DNA of 64,000 nt from Paraspadella gotoi (GCA_051294375.1 CM119263.1:22346833-22410832), one strand, 5' to 3'; shown: positions 17,176 to 33,100, counted from the first letter of the stretch. The notes: generated from the letters alone by a model not told the origin. Numbers and translations are program-made.

Positions 17176-17238
<63 letters not shown>

Positions 17239-17415
17239 CGCCACTTCATTTTGTGGGTTTATGCAATTAAAAATTCAAAATCACTTCTAGGTGTACCTTT
17301 ATTATTTAAAAAAAAATGCCTTAAAATTTCGGTTAATCATCAACCAAAAAACAAATTAAAATCTCGAAAAACAAAGAAAAAAAAAGGGAGATTAATTCTT
17401 ATTTACTCAAGCTCA

Positions 17416-20400
17416 ATGTCGACGGCCAATCACGTACAGGCGCCGATGGCGTCCACGTTGTCAACGTCAACGAGGTACTCTAATGTTTCGTCCGAAGCCA
17501 AAGAGTTTTGTATTCGTTTCTCCCGCGAGTTGGCGGCTCTAAATCCTAACGACGGCCCCGACGGGGGAAGGGAGAATCGCGGTCGCGACATCGTGGCCTC
17601 CATGGAAGCCTCCTTTCGCGTTCTCGACGAGCTCGTGCTCCAGCTTAAGGCATCCCTCGCCGCCGTCGTTGACAGGCTCGAAGAAGAATATTCGAAATAT
17701 GGATCTCGAAACGTTTTCGTCGACGATCTCTACAACATAACCAAATTGTGCATCCAGTTATTCCAGGGAAATTCGGCCCAGTCAAACATCGTCCTAAAAT
17801 GGTCTTTTCAATCCCGGGTCATTCGGGTCGACCAAACCGAAGACGCGAAATTAACCAAGACCACTTCCCCTGCCATTCTTATGGACGAGGTGTTTCAACA
17901 TTTGTTTCGTATTCTGGCGGAACCTTTGGCCTCTCGACTGCCAATCGATTGTGTCTTAATGGCGGGGACAGCCTTTGTATTTGGTATGGCGTGCGGATGC
18001 CTACCTTCCAAAATACGGAACTCTCGTTGTCATGGAGTCAACGGGTCAACGCCGTCTTTAGCGTTACTTATGATTCAGCTTTTAGATTTCCTGGCTAAAG
18101 ATCGACTTTCGTCAACAAAACATAATGTCAAGGAGAACGAAAACAATGACGGGAGACTCTCTTTCGAACAGTTTTTACACGATAGAAATTCACTGGCAGT
18201 TGAAAGTGGTAAACCAAAAATGGCGCAATGGAACACTCGCGGTCATCTCGGCATCATGAAAGGTCTATTGACCGTTAATAAAAAGTCAATTTTACTTCAA
18301 CCCGCCAGCTTGAGCAACAGTAGCAAAATCATTATAACAGACCCGTTTCCCCAGCATCAAGATCCAATTTTTATTGTGATGCTAAAACCGCTCATCAGCC
18401 TGGCGACTTCACCTAACGTCGCAGGCGATGACGTCTATCATGTTTTACAGACAATTTTGCTTTGGTTAAAAGCCGGCAAGTGGATTTTGCCGCAAGTCAT
18501 TCACATGTTGAAACAAAAGCGCATCGTTACTGGGCGATCGAACAAAAACTCGGAAATGATTCTCAATCTGGTCTACTCTTTTTGGGAAAGTCCGATCGAT
18601 CGGGTCGACGAAACGGCCAAGGATATTTTCGGAGGATTGTTGGCGATGCATCATGAAGAGTGCAGTCATTTCGGAAACTCGGATCATCTCTTCATTGACA
18701 ATCTACTCAACAAAATCCTTGCGATGAACGTATACACAAAAGGAAAATACAAACCGCTCAGCTATTTAATCCCCTACATTGGCGCCGAGAAATTACTTTT
18801 TCGATATCCTGACGTCGTCATGTCGCTCTACTCTTGCTTACAGACCAACTATCTCGCCGCTACGGCTTCAGAACTTTACCAAGCTTTCTTGGTCCACTTG
18901 AGAAAGGAATGGCTCAAGGGAGCCAATCTCCAAAACGGCCAAGAGATTTCCTCAAAAGTCGAAGACGAAATGAGCGAAAAGTGGTTCTTCCTGTGGGGAA
19001 GCCTTTTGTTGAAAGTGTTTCAAATAGGCGACAAGCTTGTCGTGCACCATGCGACCCAGTATCTCGTTCCTGCCACCTTTAAGACCTTCCCCTCTTCTTA
19101 TCACTGCTTGATGAAAGTCCTTAACGAAGTCTGTAATTCGAAGAAGACTGACCCAGAAGATTCTGAACCGTTTCCCCCTTTGGGATCTAATGGTCTCAAG
19201 ACTAATGGGACTCCTATGAACCCGGAGTTAGAGGACATTTTGCTTCGCTCGTCCTTTGACACCCTTCCGGCAGTCATCACATTGACAAAAGCCGCGAGAT
19301 TATTGAAGATTCTCAATACCGAGGACGTTCCGTGGACGGACATGGTCTACCGCGGATTGCATCACGTTGATGACGGAGTCCGCAGCGAAGCCATCTCCCT
19401 TATTTGCTCCAGTCCCAAAAAGGTCGAGCCCGTGTCAGAAGATGAGCTTTCCCTCTTGAAACACTTTCTGCCGTTCAACCTAAACATAGACGACCCCTCT
19501 TTCCGTCAACGGTTGTACGGGGACCTAAAAAAGCTGCTCCTGAGGATCCGCGACAGTTTGGTTGTTTGTTTCCGCACTAACACCATCGGCTCTAAAGAAT
19601 CTCTCGAGCGTTTGCTGCACGAGGACCACTTTGAAGACCCTCCGAGAGATGAGGCGAAATGCGCGATTCTGAGGCAAATACAGGCCGTCGATTGGTTCTC
19701 TGATCTCATGACCTCCAACCTGTTCCCTGGAGCATGTTTTCAAAGATTAAAGACATGTTTGGATTTGTTAAAAGCCATCTACGAGACCTTTTGCAACTTT
19801 CCCGCCAACGTACCTCTTCACAACGGTCACGTCAAGTCAATGCGTAAACCGGCAAAGACGGTGACGCCACCGGCGGCCTCTAAGATGATAGATATCGTAC
19901 GGAGTTGCGCCAAGAGCCCTGGAACGCCTCTCTTCTGGGACTTTTTTTCGCCTCAAAATGCATCGGCGCTCCTGTTCACTATTTCCGATGCTTCGGTGGA
20001 GATCCAGGAAACGGCCGCCGAGTTAGTCGCCACCTTCGCCCCTTGGCCCCTTCGAGTCACCACCGGAACCTTCAAACTTTTGATGTTCGATTCGACAATG
20101 GAGGCGCACCACGAGGCGTTGCCCATGGTGTGGAAAAAAGGCGATGACGAACTCGAAGAAGGTCCCAAACCGCCGACAGTCGAAGAAATCGCGGCTAAGA
20201 TTCTATTGCACGGAATCGATCAATGTCACAGCCCCAAATCCCAAGAAGCGGAGAGCGGCGCTCTTTTTATAAAACTCGCCTTTCAAAAATACGTCTGCGA
20301 GTCCGGATTCCGTTTCGACTTTTCTCGGAAATCCGATGGGTCCGTCAACGTGGTAGCCAGGCGGCAATGGGCCGAGGAAGATGCTTGCAATCCCGCGCCA

Positions 20401-23400
20401 CACTTTTTGCGTCAGCTCGTGACGTTGATCGAGGAGAACTACGCGGCGCTCAAGACTGCGACAGTTCTGGACACGGCCAGCAATCTGCCCGTCAACGGCC
20501 TCCTAATCGCCGTCCGTCTTTGCGTCGTCCTGAGGCCTTTTTTCGGTGTCGAAGTTTTGTCGGTCAAGGAAGAGAAAGATTTCTTGAGGCGGGAATACCT
20601 TCCGATCGCCGAAGATCTCGTCCGGCTGGGGAAGACGATCATTACGCAGATGCTCTCGTTTTTGGCAGGCGGGAATCTCGACAACCCGTCATTCGAGGAG
20701 ATGGGAAAAGCCATCGAGAGTCTCTGCTCGGACGTGGGGAGCAGCCATGGCAGCGACGGAGCTGCAGACGAAGACACTGCTGTTCCTTTAGAACATCAAC
20801 TCGTTCTCTCCTACTGTTGGCTCAATCTCAAGGAGTGTGCTGCTTTGCTTTCGTCACTCGTGTCTCCGAATTTCATCGTGAAAACCAACGAAGAAACCGG
20901 TGAAAATCTAATCAATCAATCAATTCACCAATAAATCAATCAATTCGTCTTTTCCCGATTTTTTCACTTCCCGTCTTAACTAATACGTAATAACTAAATC
21001 TCGTAACTTGATCGCAGGGCCGACCTCCATGCTATCCCTCTCAACCTTGGAAGAGATCGTCGAGTGCTTCAATATGATCATGACCCGATGTCGGCATCGC
21101 GGCGTCATCGAAGGCTGCAACACCGCCTTCTTCCGATTCACGATTCACGCGCTCTCGTTCGCCCCGGGAGATCCGGCCTCTCAAATTCCGGTGGAACTTT
21201 TGCGACGCGTCACTCAGAATTACGTGACCCAACCGGAAGTAGGCGCGATAGCGTCGGTGACGCGTCGTTCCGCAGGCCTGCCCCTGATCGTAGACTCGGT
21301 GCTAAGCGCCGTCTGCAAAAATAGCGCCAACTCGCAGGTGAAGATTAAATTTTATATTTTTACGGATGTTAATGTTGGTTGATTTGTGGCATTTAGTAAT
21401 AATAATTTTTCCCGCCTCTTCAGAAGCATTTGCTCAAAGAGACTCTGGGCGCGCTGCTCCAATGCATCAACACGCCGCAATCGGAGACTTCAGACGCGAC
21501 GACTGATTCGCCCCAAACGAACGCCATCCACATCGCAACGACGCTCTTCAAAAGCGCCGCCCTTGCCACGCCTATTCTCCCTTTCTTGGCCGATTTCGTT
21601 AAAGTCGCCATCGAAGGTCACAACAAGAATGTTTATTTTTAGTCGGATCTGCAAAAATGATGTCAGTCCGTCCGTGATTGGATGGATGGATTGGAATGAA
21701 ATTTTGTGTGTGGGTAGGGAAGTGTGTGATTGAGCTGGATATGAAGTTTCGATGGAATCGTCCGAGTGGAAATGAGTTTAAATGGAAAAAAACAAAAAAC
21801 CTGTTTCACTAATTGATTATGCTTCTTTTTCTTTTTCTTTTTATATTAAATGTAAATGCAAGATGTATTAACTAATCAAATAATTAATCAGTTACTTAAT
21901 CAATTTGTCAATTAATTAATCAATCAAAACAAACATTTCGGATCAAAATAAATTAAAATCAATTAATTTGATTAATTAATTAACTTGAATTAATTAATTC
22001 TTAATTGATTAATTACCGATAATGATCGTGGGCAGATCCGACATTGTTTGCTAAAACTTGTCATCATTACTAATGATTAGTCATCAGTCGGCAAGATCGA
22101 AAAGACGACGCCACTCTTGTTTTTTCTTCAGGATTTTCATCGGCCAGTTGGTCGGTGCGGAACGCGAGCACCCAACTATACGGCGCCCTCAGCTCGCGCC
22201 TCTTCGGCAACAAGCGCGCGCGTCACGATCTGGCGCCGGCTAACGCGCTCACTGTCCAAGAGTTCTTTGCCGTTCACGGCCAACTGGCTCCCTTTCTCTA
22301 CGATCAGGTGAGTGATCATTAAAGCGTAGCAAAAATATTAATATCAAGTTGAATTCTAATAGTAGAGCATGAACACTGAACAGGCTTGTACCAGTGAACA
22401 TTTTTAAATAAAAAAAATTCTCTTTTATTTTTAAATTTTCGCATTAGCCCTTTTTTATACATAGAAAATGCAAAAATTTTAAAATGTTTTTTTCTTATTT
22501 TTGAAAGCAGATTCGAATTCCTCACGAAAAGTAGATAAAAGGATATATAACTCTTTTTAGAAAATTATTTCAATATGTGGGTCAAAATGCTAAAAAACTG
22601 TTTAACTAACCTATAATTTAATTTTAGTATAAAAAGTATAAAAAATATATGTTTTTTTTAATTTTTAGCTAACTTCATGAAAAAATTTTTGATTAAGACT
22701 GATATTTTCTTTTATCAACTTTTTATGAGAAATTCGAATCTGCTTTCAAAACTAAAAAAAAAAAAAAAAAACTATTGTAAAATTTTGACTTTTCTATGGT
22801 ATAAAGTAAGTCTATCTGAGCTCAGTAAAGTACGGCAGTGGTTTCTTTCGTATAATCGGATTTGGCTCACGGGTAAGTATCATTTATAAATATGGTCGTA
22901 TGCGAAAATTGAGAAATTTAAAAAAAATTAAATATCAATGTTCTTTCTAGTACAAGACTGTTCATGAACAACTGTTCGAATTTTGATCTGCAACTTTCAC
23001 TACGCCTTAGTGAACATGTTGGTTGTTGGTTGGACGGTGGACGCTGGACAGTAGACAAGTCAAGTCAATTAAAGGCTAAACAATAAAACAGACTTAGCAC
23101 GTCTTGTCGTCTTATCCAAACTTGTCCATACTGATTTTTCTTTCTTTCTTTTTTTTTGCAACTTGTGTAGCAAATAACGAATATCACTTATTAATTATTT
23201 CCAGCTTACCAAAGCGACAACCTCAGAATCATCGCGCTCAGTCAAGTTCAACCCGGGAATCTTTCCAACGCTTTCCATCTTGGCTCGACTCACCGCGACG
23301 GGTAAATCATGAGACGATTTACATTTTTAAAAAATATTTATATTGTTTTTTATAATTTTTTTCTTTTAAGGAACGGAATCGAACGACGTTTTGGCTTCTT

Positions 23401-26400
23401 GGTTCGCCTTCTACGAGCCTCTGATTCGACTATTGGGTAGCCCCGTACTGGCTGTAAGGGAATTAGCTGGATCTGCGCTCGTCCCGATGTACAGGCGAGT
23501 TGTTTCCCATCCTTCAGTTAAAATTTTGGGGGATGTTGATTATTTTCGTTCTCCAACCAGGTCGAAGTCGGCGGAACGCGTCGTGCAAGATCTGATAAAC
23601 GACGTCATCCCCAACCTGCCCCTCGAGCCGGCTCTGTGTAAGAACTACAACCAGCTTCACGGATGTTTGCTGGCGATCAAGAGCGGCATCGATATTTTAA
23701 CGGAGGCTCAGATGAATGCGCCAAAGGAGGAAAAATATACGCTCTTTCAGGTTCCCGCCTATAGTACAGAGCGCAAAAGTAAGGGGGAAAAAACAGAATT
23801 TAGATCATCCTCAATTTTTGATTTTCAAAATACTAACTAATGATGTTTTGAGCATTTATCAATCAACGACATAACAGTTAGGTAGTACGTACAGTAGCAT
23901 CCGTCTAGAATTTCTGAGACGGCAAGCTCTTGTAACTCGAGTACAAATGATGATTTTAAAGAGAGCTTTTGTCTTGATATAGAGTACACATGTGGCTACT
24001 CCCCCTTCTGTAAGCCATTGCTCTACGACCAATTTTGGGACATCACAACTTATTGTAAAAAGGAGCTTCAGCCAGATTTGAACCTGAAGCCTTTTCATAA
24101 CGTTGAAATCCGGCGCGCAAAGCACTCGGCCAAATGATTTTCCAAAAAAAATTGTACAAATTAAATTATATAAAGCTTTAGGTTTGCTTTTAATTTTTGG
24201 GGGAAACAAATATTCAACGTTTGAAGGCAGAGATTTTGACATCCAAGTCCCAAGTTTTCCGATTCGTGACAGAACGTCGCAACGACGACGATTAATACGA
24301 AGAAAGCGAATATCTGGCTTATTTTGAAATTGAGGAAAAGTCAAAGCTGCGACGTTGAACATTTTCACGTTGCTTTTAAGGTGTTTTATTAGGTGTTTTT
24401 AACGAGTTGCTTATTGTGAAACAACTGAAACTGTTTTTATACATGGTCGCCTATTGTATCAATAATAATAAATAGGCTAATTCTTGGTAATGTTTTCTGA
24501 CTTTCAATTTTTGATCTTAACAGATCATAACACGTTGTAACATAAACAAGTTTGAGCAAACAATGTCGGATCTGCCCAATCATTAACGGTAATTAATTAA
24601 TTAATAATTAACTTAAGTTAATAATTAATTAATTAATTAACAAATTAATTATTTTGATCCGAAAGTTTGTTTGATTGATTAATTGACTGATTAATTAACT
24701 GATTAATTATTTAATTAATTAATACATCTTGCATTTACATTTAATATAAAAAGAAAAAAAAGCATAATCAATTGTTTTGTTTTGTTTTTTTTTTCCATTT
24801 AAACTCATTTCCACTCAAACGATTTCATCGAAACTTGGTTCCAGCTTAATCACACACTTTTCTACCCAAATACAAAATTTCAAATCAATTGCCCCATCCA
24901 CTCATGAGTAATTGGTGTTCAAATAGTAAATTTTTTTTCCCATTTAAACTAATTTCCACTTGGACGATTCCATCGAAACTTCATATCCAGCTCAATCACA
25001 CACTTTCCTACCCACACACAAAATTTCATTCCAATCCATTCTTCCAATCACGAGTAATTGGTATTTTTTGCTTAGGTGGGATGGACGGACGGACAGACGG
25101 ACATCTTTTTTTTTGCATAATTTGTTATAATTCGATGTTCTAACATGATATAAGTGAATTTCCGACAAGATTGAGGGACTGAAAGCAGATCCGACTAAAA
25201 AGAAAAGAAAAACCAAAATTTATATTGAGGTTTTTGAATAATTTTTTTAAATAACGAGATGGCCGAGTGTTAAAAACTAAGACTTCGACGCAAAATGGAA
25301 TAGTAGGATTCGAATCCCACTCAAGGTAAACTTTTACAATAAACTGCTATGTCCCAAAAGTGGTCGTAGAGCAATGGCTTACCGAAGGGGGAGTAGCCAT
25401 ATGAGTACTCGATAACAAGACAAAAACTCTCTTTCAAATTATCATTTGTACTCGAGTTACAGAGCTTGCCGGTCTCAGAAATTCTAGACGGATGCTACTG
25501 TAGTATGAAACAAATGCTTTCATTGCATCCTTTAAGATTCTCGCCATCCCAAACTATACTTGGATCGGACGCGGCGCCAATCCTTGTTTTCTGACTCGCG
25601 GCGTCTACATGGAATGCCTCCACGCGTTGCAGATTCAAATTCCGGAAATGATTTCCAAAGAAGTTCGTTTGACTCTCCTCAACGACTTCTGTTGCCAAAT
25701 TCTCGAGAATAATGGAAAAGAGGAGAGGGAAACGCCGATCAATAGGTTAACATAGAATAATTATGCAAACAAATGAAAGTCACGAACTTAACTAAATTAT
25801 ATAACATAATAAATAATATGTCCTAATCTTAATATTAAACGATTACATCAGCCCGATTTCCTCGCCGACCAACGACTTTCGCTCGACAGGGGCGCTTCCC
25901 GACACCAAATCGCCAGGAAGAGTGGATTGGATCCGCGACGTCGTAAAAATCCTCGGCCACCACTCGTTGGAGATCGAACTAAACAACACTCAGGTGAGGA
26001 GCGCACGCCATAACGTGGCAATTCCGATCATATGATCTACGGGCGGGTGCCGGGTAAAGCGAGCCCGCGTGCAAACACCAATGACGCCACGCTCTTGACG
26101 CTGTGGCTCCGTTTATCGGTCGCGCCCAGGAACGCGTGGGTGAAAAGACCGCGGGGAAAAAGTTGCCCGCTAACTTCGTCCCCGCAATTTATGATCTCTC
26201 TCGTTTTGTTTGGCTTCGACCAAGATAGGGCTCGTGACGTCAATCGGAATAGGCCTAATTATATTTTAAAGCCGTTTAATATAAATTAGTAAAATTCTTG
26301 TTAATCGAAATAAAAAGGACAGCTCAATGAAAAAACAATAACAAATAGTTTTCTAAAATAAAATTCTAAACTAAATTGAAGGAAGAAAACACTGGCACAC

Positions 26401-27019
26401 CAAATTCATCCCTGGGTCCTTATGCCGAGTTTTTTCACGAGACCACAATTTTACCCTTTTGACTTCTGTTGCTGAAATTATTGTTGCGGGTCGACATGTA
26501 GACGTAACTTCTGGGTTTGGAGAAGCGAAGGATCACCCCTTCGAACGATGCGGGGGCGTTGTCGAGCAAAGGATTCATTTTGGTCTTCTTCTTAACATCC
26601 GCCACCGAAGAGTAATAACTAAAAAGAATTTGTAAGCTCTCTTGATTTATTGTTCTTCTTCTAAAGTTGTCGTCGTCCATCCAATAATTTGGAAGAGTCA
26701 AACGAAGAAAAAAACACTTCCCATACTGATGAGTGATTGAAAGCCGAATTTTTTTGGTTTTTTTTTGCTATCATCGCGCGAATCATCATTTCGCAACCCT
26801 GAACGCTTACCCGCTCGTGGCAAGGCAAACGGCGAGATCCTTGGCGCTCATGTCGCGACTTCCGGTCGAACTCCAAACGACACGAGCGTCGTCGAAAAGA
26901 CTCGACCCTTCGAAGGCCAATGGAAAGTTGGCGAGGACGTCGGGAATCTGGACGAGGTTGCTCCTATCGGTTCCTGTGGTTGAAGCAAAATTTTACAGGG
27001 GTCTCTCTATCTTTCTTTA

Positions 27020-27103
<84 letters not shown>

Positions 27104-30100
27104 CTTCTTTTCTATTCGACCCTCATCTTTCTTCCCTCAACCTTTCTCCCCCACGTACCGGCCCTTCCTTGGCCGTCGTCGCCCTGCTGTCCGTCCCCTT
27201 GCGGTTTGCCGTTGTTGTGTGAATTCGACCCCGTCCACTGCACGTGCACAAGGTCGCGCTGACTCATCCTGAGGTCTTTCGGGATAAAGTCGTATTCGAC
27301 GCCCGGATATACTTGGACAATGTTACCGCGTTTCCCACGAACGTTGAGGTTTATGATTCGGCTGCCTAGCAGCGGGAGAGGCGTCGTTAATAAATGGCAA
27401 AAAAATGAATGAGTTCTTTTGTTAAAGACCTCAACCGATAAAATAAACTTATTGGCTAGAAAACTCTTTGCTCACCTCTTGCCACGCCGTCCGGTCTGGG
27501 CTTCAGTTCAAAAACATGACTTCTGTCCTGAAAAGTTCGCCCGTATTGAGCTGTGTTAATAGCTAATTTTAGCTTTTGGTTCTTGGCGTTGATGTCCACT
27601 TCGGGATTATTCTTTACAGGAGACTCCTTTCCGTTGGATTGAGAGTCTGAAACGCATACGAAAAATCTTATTAGATATTTGTTTCTTTTTATAAACTTAA
27701 AATACTTAAATCGTCATATTCGTATTTCGCTAAAAGTCAATTTATAGCGAAATAGATATTCGTCCCGCTACCTGTAGAAAATGAATCGTAGTCGTCGGTA
27801 GAAATGTTATAACGAATCCGGAACGCGCAGCGTTTCGTCGTCAAGGAGGGAAAATGTGGCAGAATCCACGTGTAGTTGGGCGCTCTCGCATCTTCGGGCG
27901 TGTTTCCTAATAATTGGTTAGAACATTTTGATAGTCGACCTTTCACTTTCTTCTTTCACTTATTTTTAATTAATTAGAACACGCAAATTTCATAACACTT
28001 TTCTCCCTCGAGCTCACCCAAATGATTCGATCTCGTATGAGGCACCTCGTGACAATCCAATCTCGGCGCCAAAACCAGGCATTCTTCCGAACTCGATGTT
28101 GCGGCGTCCCAGGGTGTTCCCCAGACGCGATCGGGCACACGCTCGCACTCTGATTTCGAAGTTGCGTCGGGGGCCTTCTCCAAATAGGACCATACTTCCT
28201 TCCAAGTACCGCGCGCGTCCACGCAATCTTCCTCGTTGTTGTTGCTTGATGGAAGGTATAGTATATATTTTTAGCTTTTGTTTTTTGTTTTTATTTTCGA
28301 AAATCTCAACAACAACCACAAACCTCGAAGCGGCTCTGTTGGACTCAAAACACTTTCCTTTTGGTTTTCGGTTTCCCGATTCCTTCTTGTAGTATTCGCA
28401 ATGCGACGCCTTTTATTAAATGGTTAGAATTACTTGATTAGAACGATTAAGTTTAGGACTAAAATAATCTCGTTATGCCATTGTTTTACACACATTGCTC
28501 GTGAGAACGGCGATGTCCACCCAAGGCGAAGGATGCCAGTACGGATAATAGTCACGCTCTTCGGGGCACTCGAGGCCATTTCGATTTCCGTTGGGATTTT
28601 GACGCGTAAAAGCAGCGGAATTTTGTTGCCGCTTCTGGTCAGCTGTAAAATCCGGAATAAAATAACAGTATTCCAAGTAAATAAAAACACGTTAACACTA
28701 TCGATACACTACCTAGAAACAGTCCGTTGTTGGCCTCCCGGATTCTGCATTCGTTGTAAAAATCCCAGCTTTCTTGACGCCCTCGGTTCTTATTTGCGTT
28801 CACGTCCTTTTGTCTTCTCCGCTTCGTCTCCTCTACGGTTTCCCGCCTATTTTTCGTTTTTTAAAATTTTATACGTGGTTTTCGATATGTTTAGTTGTTC
28901 ATTGTATACGCCTCTTTTTACAGTATGAATATTGAATAACGACAGTAAGAGTTTCCGCCACATTTCTCACTTAGATCCTCTTGTAAACTGTGATCGCAAC
29001 GTCACCGTCCCGTCTTTAAGATTATCTCCAGTTGCATCGCATCCACCCTCCTTGTCACAGCACGTAAATTGCAGCACTAACTGACAGTTAAGTTTGTTGG
29101 GGTTGTCATGTTCGTGGGCCCCGCATCCGTGCTGCATCGTCCATTCGATGACGAGCTCGCTCGGATCGGTTGAGGGATATTTACCGCTCTGGAAATACTT
29201 CATCTGTTCCCCGTGAAGGAAAGAGAGAAATCAAACTAAATCCTAGACATGATGAAAATTATAGTAAGTTTTAAACAATTGCCTGGTATTGAGCATTCTC
29301 GTTGTTTCCCGAAGGGACGTCGCTTTTGTCACCGACGTTATACCCGCCTCGAGCGTTGTTTTGAGAATCGAATAGGCGATTGTTTTGAGCCCTTGTGGCG
29401 CTTTGCTCGTTTAATCTGCATTTATCAGGTATAATTTGTTAAAACTTGGCATATTAAGTGAGTATAATTATAAATTAATCAGTATTTTAAACGTTATTTA
29501 TGAAAATGAAGTTACACAGTTATTTTATAGTACCTGTTGTTAGATCCTCTCGGATTATGTAAATAAATATCACAGAGGCAGTTGTTAATAAAAATACAAA
29601 TCAAGCACCAATTAAACGTTAGCGAAAACATTCTCGTCATCCAAAGCACAAGTGTCTAAAGACTGAGATCATTTCTGTCAACGAATTCGTTTTAATTTCG
29701 ACCAGGATCCAACCCTCATGTCAAAGAAAAAGCGAGTTGTTGTGGATGCGTCATCGTCACTGGAAGAGGTTTAGATTCTATATTAGCGAACCATTCGTTC
29801 GAAAACTCAATTGTCTCTTACTTACTTCATTCCCACCAATGATTCAGTTCTATTTAGGCAAGGTTTCTGATTGGTGGAAATTTGGAGTCTGTCAGAGAAA
29901 TTCTCAAATCGGAGAGCTTCGAAATAAACTATTCCAATATTCCACTATTACTTGGTTTCAATTTGTGTTTTTATATTTAGTATACTTCAGTATAGTTGGT
30001 ATGATTTTTAGTTTTCTTAAATAATAAATATTTCTTTCTATTATTTTTTATAATTTTAAATACAATTTGAACTTTTTACTTACGATTTTAATTATTCTCC

Positions 30101-33100
30101 AGATAAACACTGAGCACACGACGATCGCTCAACTGCTGGAAAGCGCGGATTATGATGTGCGAATGGAAACCTTGGAATATTTGGTTAAAAACGTCGAGCT
30201 CGGAATTTCAAAGGTCATTGATTTATTGAGTTGGTTACATGAGATGATTACATCATTTACAGGGGTGGGACCATATATAGAGTCAAAATTTAAAAAATCA
30301 TTACTCTAAAACTCTTAATTATTTTTAAAATCTGAATAAATATTTGTATAATATTCTTTATATTTTAATATTTTAATCTTTTTGAAATTCTTTAATGCAA
30401 TGCTTTTTTTGATGCAGTAAAGGCAACTGCTCGATTTTCTCCGCGCGGTTTGGAAGTATAATGTTTGAAAAATTATTATTTAATCTTATTCTAAGATATA
30501 ACAGTTAAAAATATTATTTAGAAATATTCAATTATAGTATAATATTGCTTCTGGCAAAGTGTACATTGCATTTCGGTTTAAAATAATTTGAAGTAAGCAG
30601 GTACGGTTTGTTAAAATCTTTTTAAAATTTTGTCTTACTTACCTGAAAAAAAATTAAATAAGTTTAATTTGGACAGTGATGAAAAGCTTAAAATCAGGTC
30701 AATTGAAGATAAGACATAACACTGTCATGTTCAAAAACGACCACTGAAATTGAAAAATATTAACAAGTATGGCTTTAATACTATGCAATGTAAGGTGCGC
30801 GTATAAAAATAACAATGATTTGAAAACATCCACAACGCCCTGTAGTTGTTTAAAATTTGTTATTGTTTCATTGCATATGAAAGTAAAAAGACAGAAAAAT
30901 CTTTTGGCAACTATTTTATTATTGTATCTCAAATCGTTCAGACAGGGCAGGACGTTAAGTTTTGTCTCGATATATGGTCCCACCCCTGTATTTCTTATTT
31001 CTTATTTCTTTAATCTTGTTGAATCCGAATCAGATTTCGACGTTGAAACGTATTGGCCTCATGAACTTGCTCGTAAAGAAGCTTATCGAAGAGGAAGATC
31101 AACCAAGTGTAATGTTGATGGCCAGCATAATCGTCAAAGTCTGCTACAATAGCGGACTGCAACTCTTTCATTTGAGGCACTCATTTATAATAGATCATTA
31201 AGAGAATGTAATTTAAAATTGTTCACTTGAATTTTATTGTTGTTCCTTTAGTTGCGACTCTAGTGCGGATCTTCTCCTAGCGGACGTAGACGTCGACGCT
31301 CTTCTGAAGAAGCTTTTTCGCATTTCATCGACGTCTTCGAAAGGCGCCACTTGCGCCGCCCTGGCGTCGCCGCTGCTCGCCGCCGCCGTCAAACTGCGAC
31401 TCGGAGACGCTGACCTCAAACTGACCTTGTCGATGAAGCGTCTCTGCGACATCGTCCAGGCCGCCTCCAAACCGGAAGCAGCGGATCCCTTCCGGATCTA
31501 TGCCGCTCAAGCCGTCGTAATTGTGGGTGAGAATGAATAAATCTCCATAATGATAAATAAACTAGTTAAATAAGTAAAATTTAAAAACGAGAGATTATTT
31601 GACGACTGCCTATTATTCGGTGATCTAGGAATGGATATTTTGGAAATTGTCTCCAGTTCGCCTGAAATAGATGAAGACATTTACGCGGGCGTAAATTTGA
31701 TTCAAGCTATTCTTCATTTACTCGGTAAAAATATATACTATATAATATATAGTAAATATATAGTATTTATGAAATTGCACCGAAATAAACCAACCAATAT
31801 GAACACAGTGGATGAGAACGAAGAGGTGCGACACCAAATGGCGCCTTTTTGCACACAAATCTTCGACCGCCTCGAGCACACCTCAGTTTCTCGAGACGCC
31901 AACCCAACGCCGGTGCATCCGAACCTGGGACTCGAACAATTCTTTCAGCTCGTTCAAGGTTATTTATTCATTTGTTTATTTACAACATGTATCCCATTTT
32001 AAGAACAATACGAATTGAGGATTGCTTACAAAAAATATCTTGGAAATCTTTTCCTTTTTTCAACAGACCTATTCATTTGCTGGAGCGACGAAGGGGAGCT
32101 AGTTCATCTCATGCCACGCCCACTGATCGATTTTCTATGGGGAATTTTTACACAGGTTGGCGGTAAAATTTTACTTTCGCCCACTGGGATTTAAGCTACT
32201 AATATGAACATTAGGGTAGAGTGATGAAAAGATTTAGCGAGTTAATAATATTTTTTTGCTGCCTCTGTATATGTAATTAAAGAAAAGCATGCCATTAAAA
32301 AATTTTTGTTAGCAGAACAGGAAAGCAAATTTTATTTTCTTTGTAATAATATTCTTATAAATTTGTAAAATTTTGAGCAAACAATGCCGGATCTGCCCAC
32401 GATCATTAGCGGTAAGCAGCTGATCAGATAATTAATTAATTAATATTATTTTTTTTCATTTGTGTCAAAATCGTTTTTCACTTTGTCTCGCCTCTCAATC
32501 ACAAACAACAATCTCGATCACAAAATTAATTAATTAATTACAAATAATTAATAATTAATTACTTGAATTTACATATAAAAATAAAAAAAGCATAATCAAA
32601 TAGTGAAATAGATTGTTTGTTTTTTTCCATTTAAACTCATTTCCACTTGGACGATTCCATCGAAACTTTATTTCCTGCTCAATCACACACTTTACTACCC
32701 ACATACAAAATTTGAAGTCAATCACCCATTCATTCATGAGTAAATGGCGTTCAAATAATGAAATATATATATTTTTTTTCCATTTTAACTCATTTCCACT
32801 TTGACGATTTCATCGAAACTTGATTTACAGCTCAATCACACACTTTCCTACCCAAACACAATATTTCATTCCAATACATCAGTCAAATCACGAGGAATCG
32901 GTGTTTTTTGCTAAGGTGGGATGGACAGACAGACAGATGGACGGACGGACATAAGTTTTTTGCATAATTTATCATAATTCGATGTTCTGACATGATATAA
33001 GTGAATGCCCGACAAGATTGGGGGGGCGGACCGACAAAGTGAATTATAGAGCCGGAATCTGCTGTAAGCAGATCCGGCTAAAAAATTTAATAACAGATTC

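Larger units (their letters stand above)
23892..25500. mobile_element. Non-autonomous Tc1/mariner-like element with ~155-bp TIRs and nested insertions
   Basis: TA|CAGTAGCATCCGTCTAGAATTTCTGAGAC...GTCTCAGAAATTCTAGACGGATGCTACTG|TA. Contains a HINE copy (24546-25197) and a tRNA-like segment. Confidence 0.85.

Noticed and set aside
25255-25325. Functional tRNA gene
   Set aside because: Only A/B-box remnants; the cloverleaf cannot be completed and it lies within a transposon.
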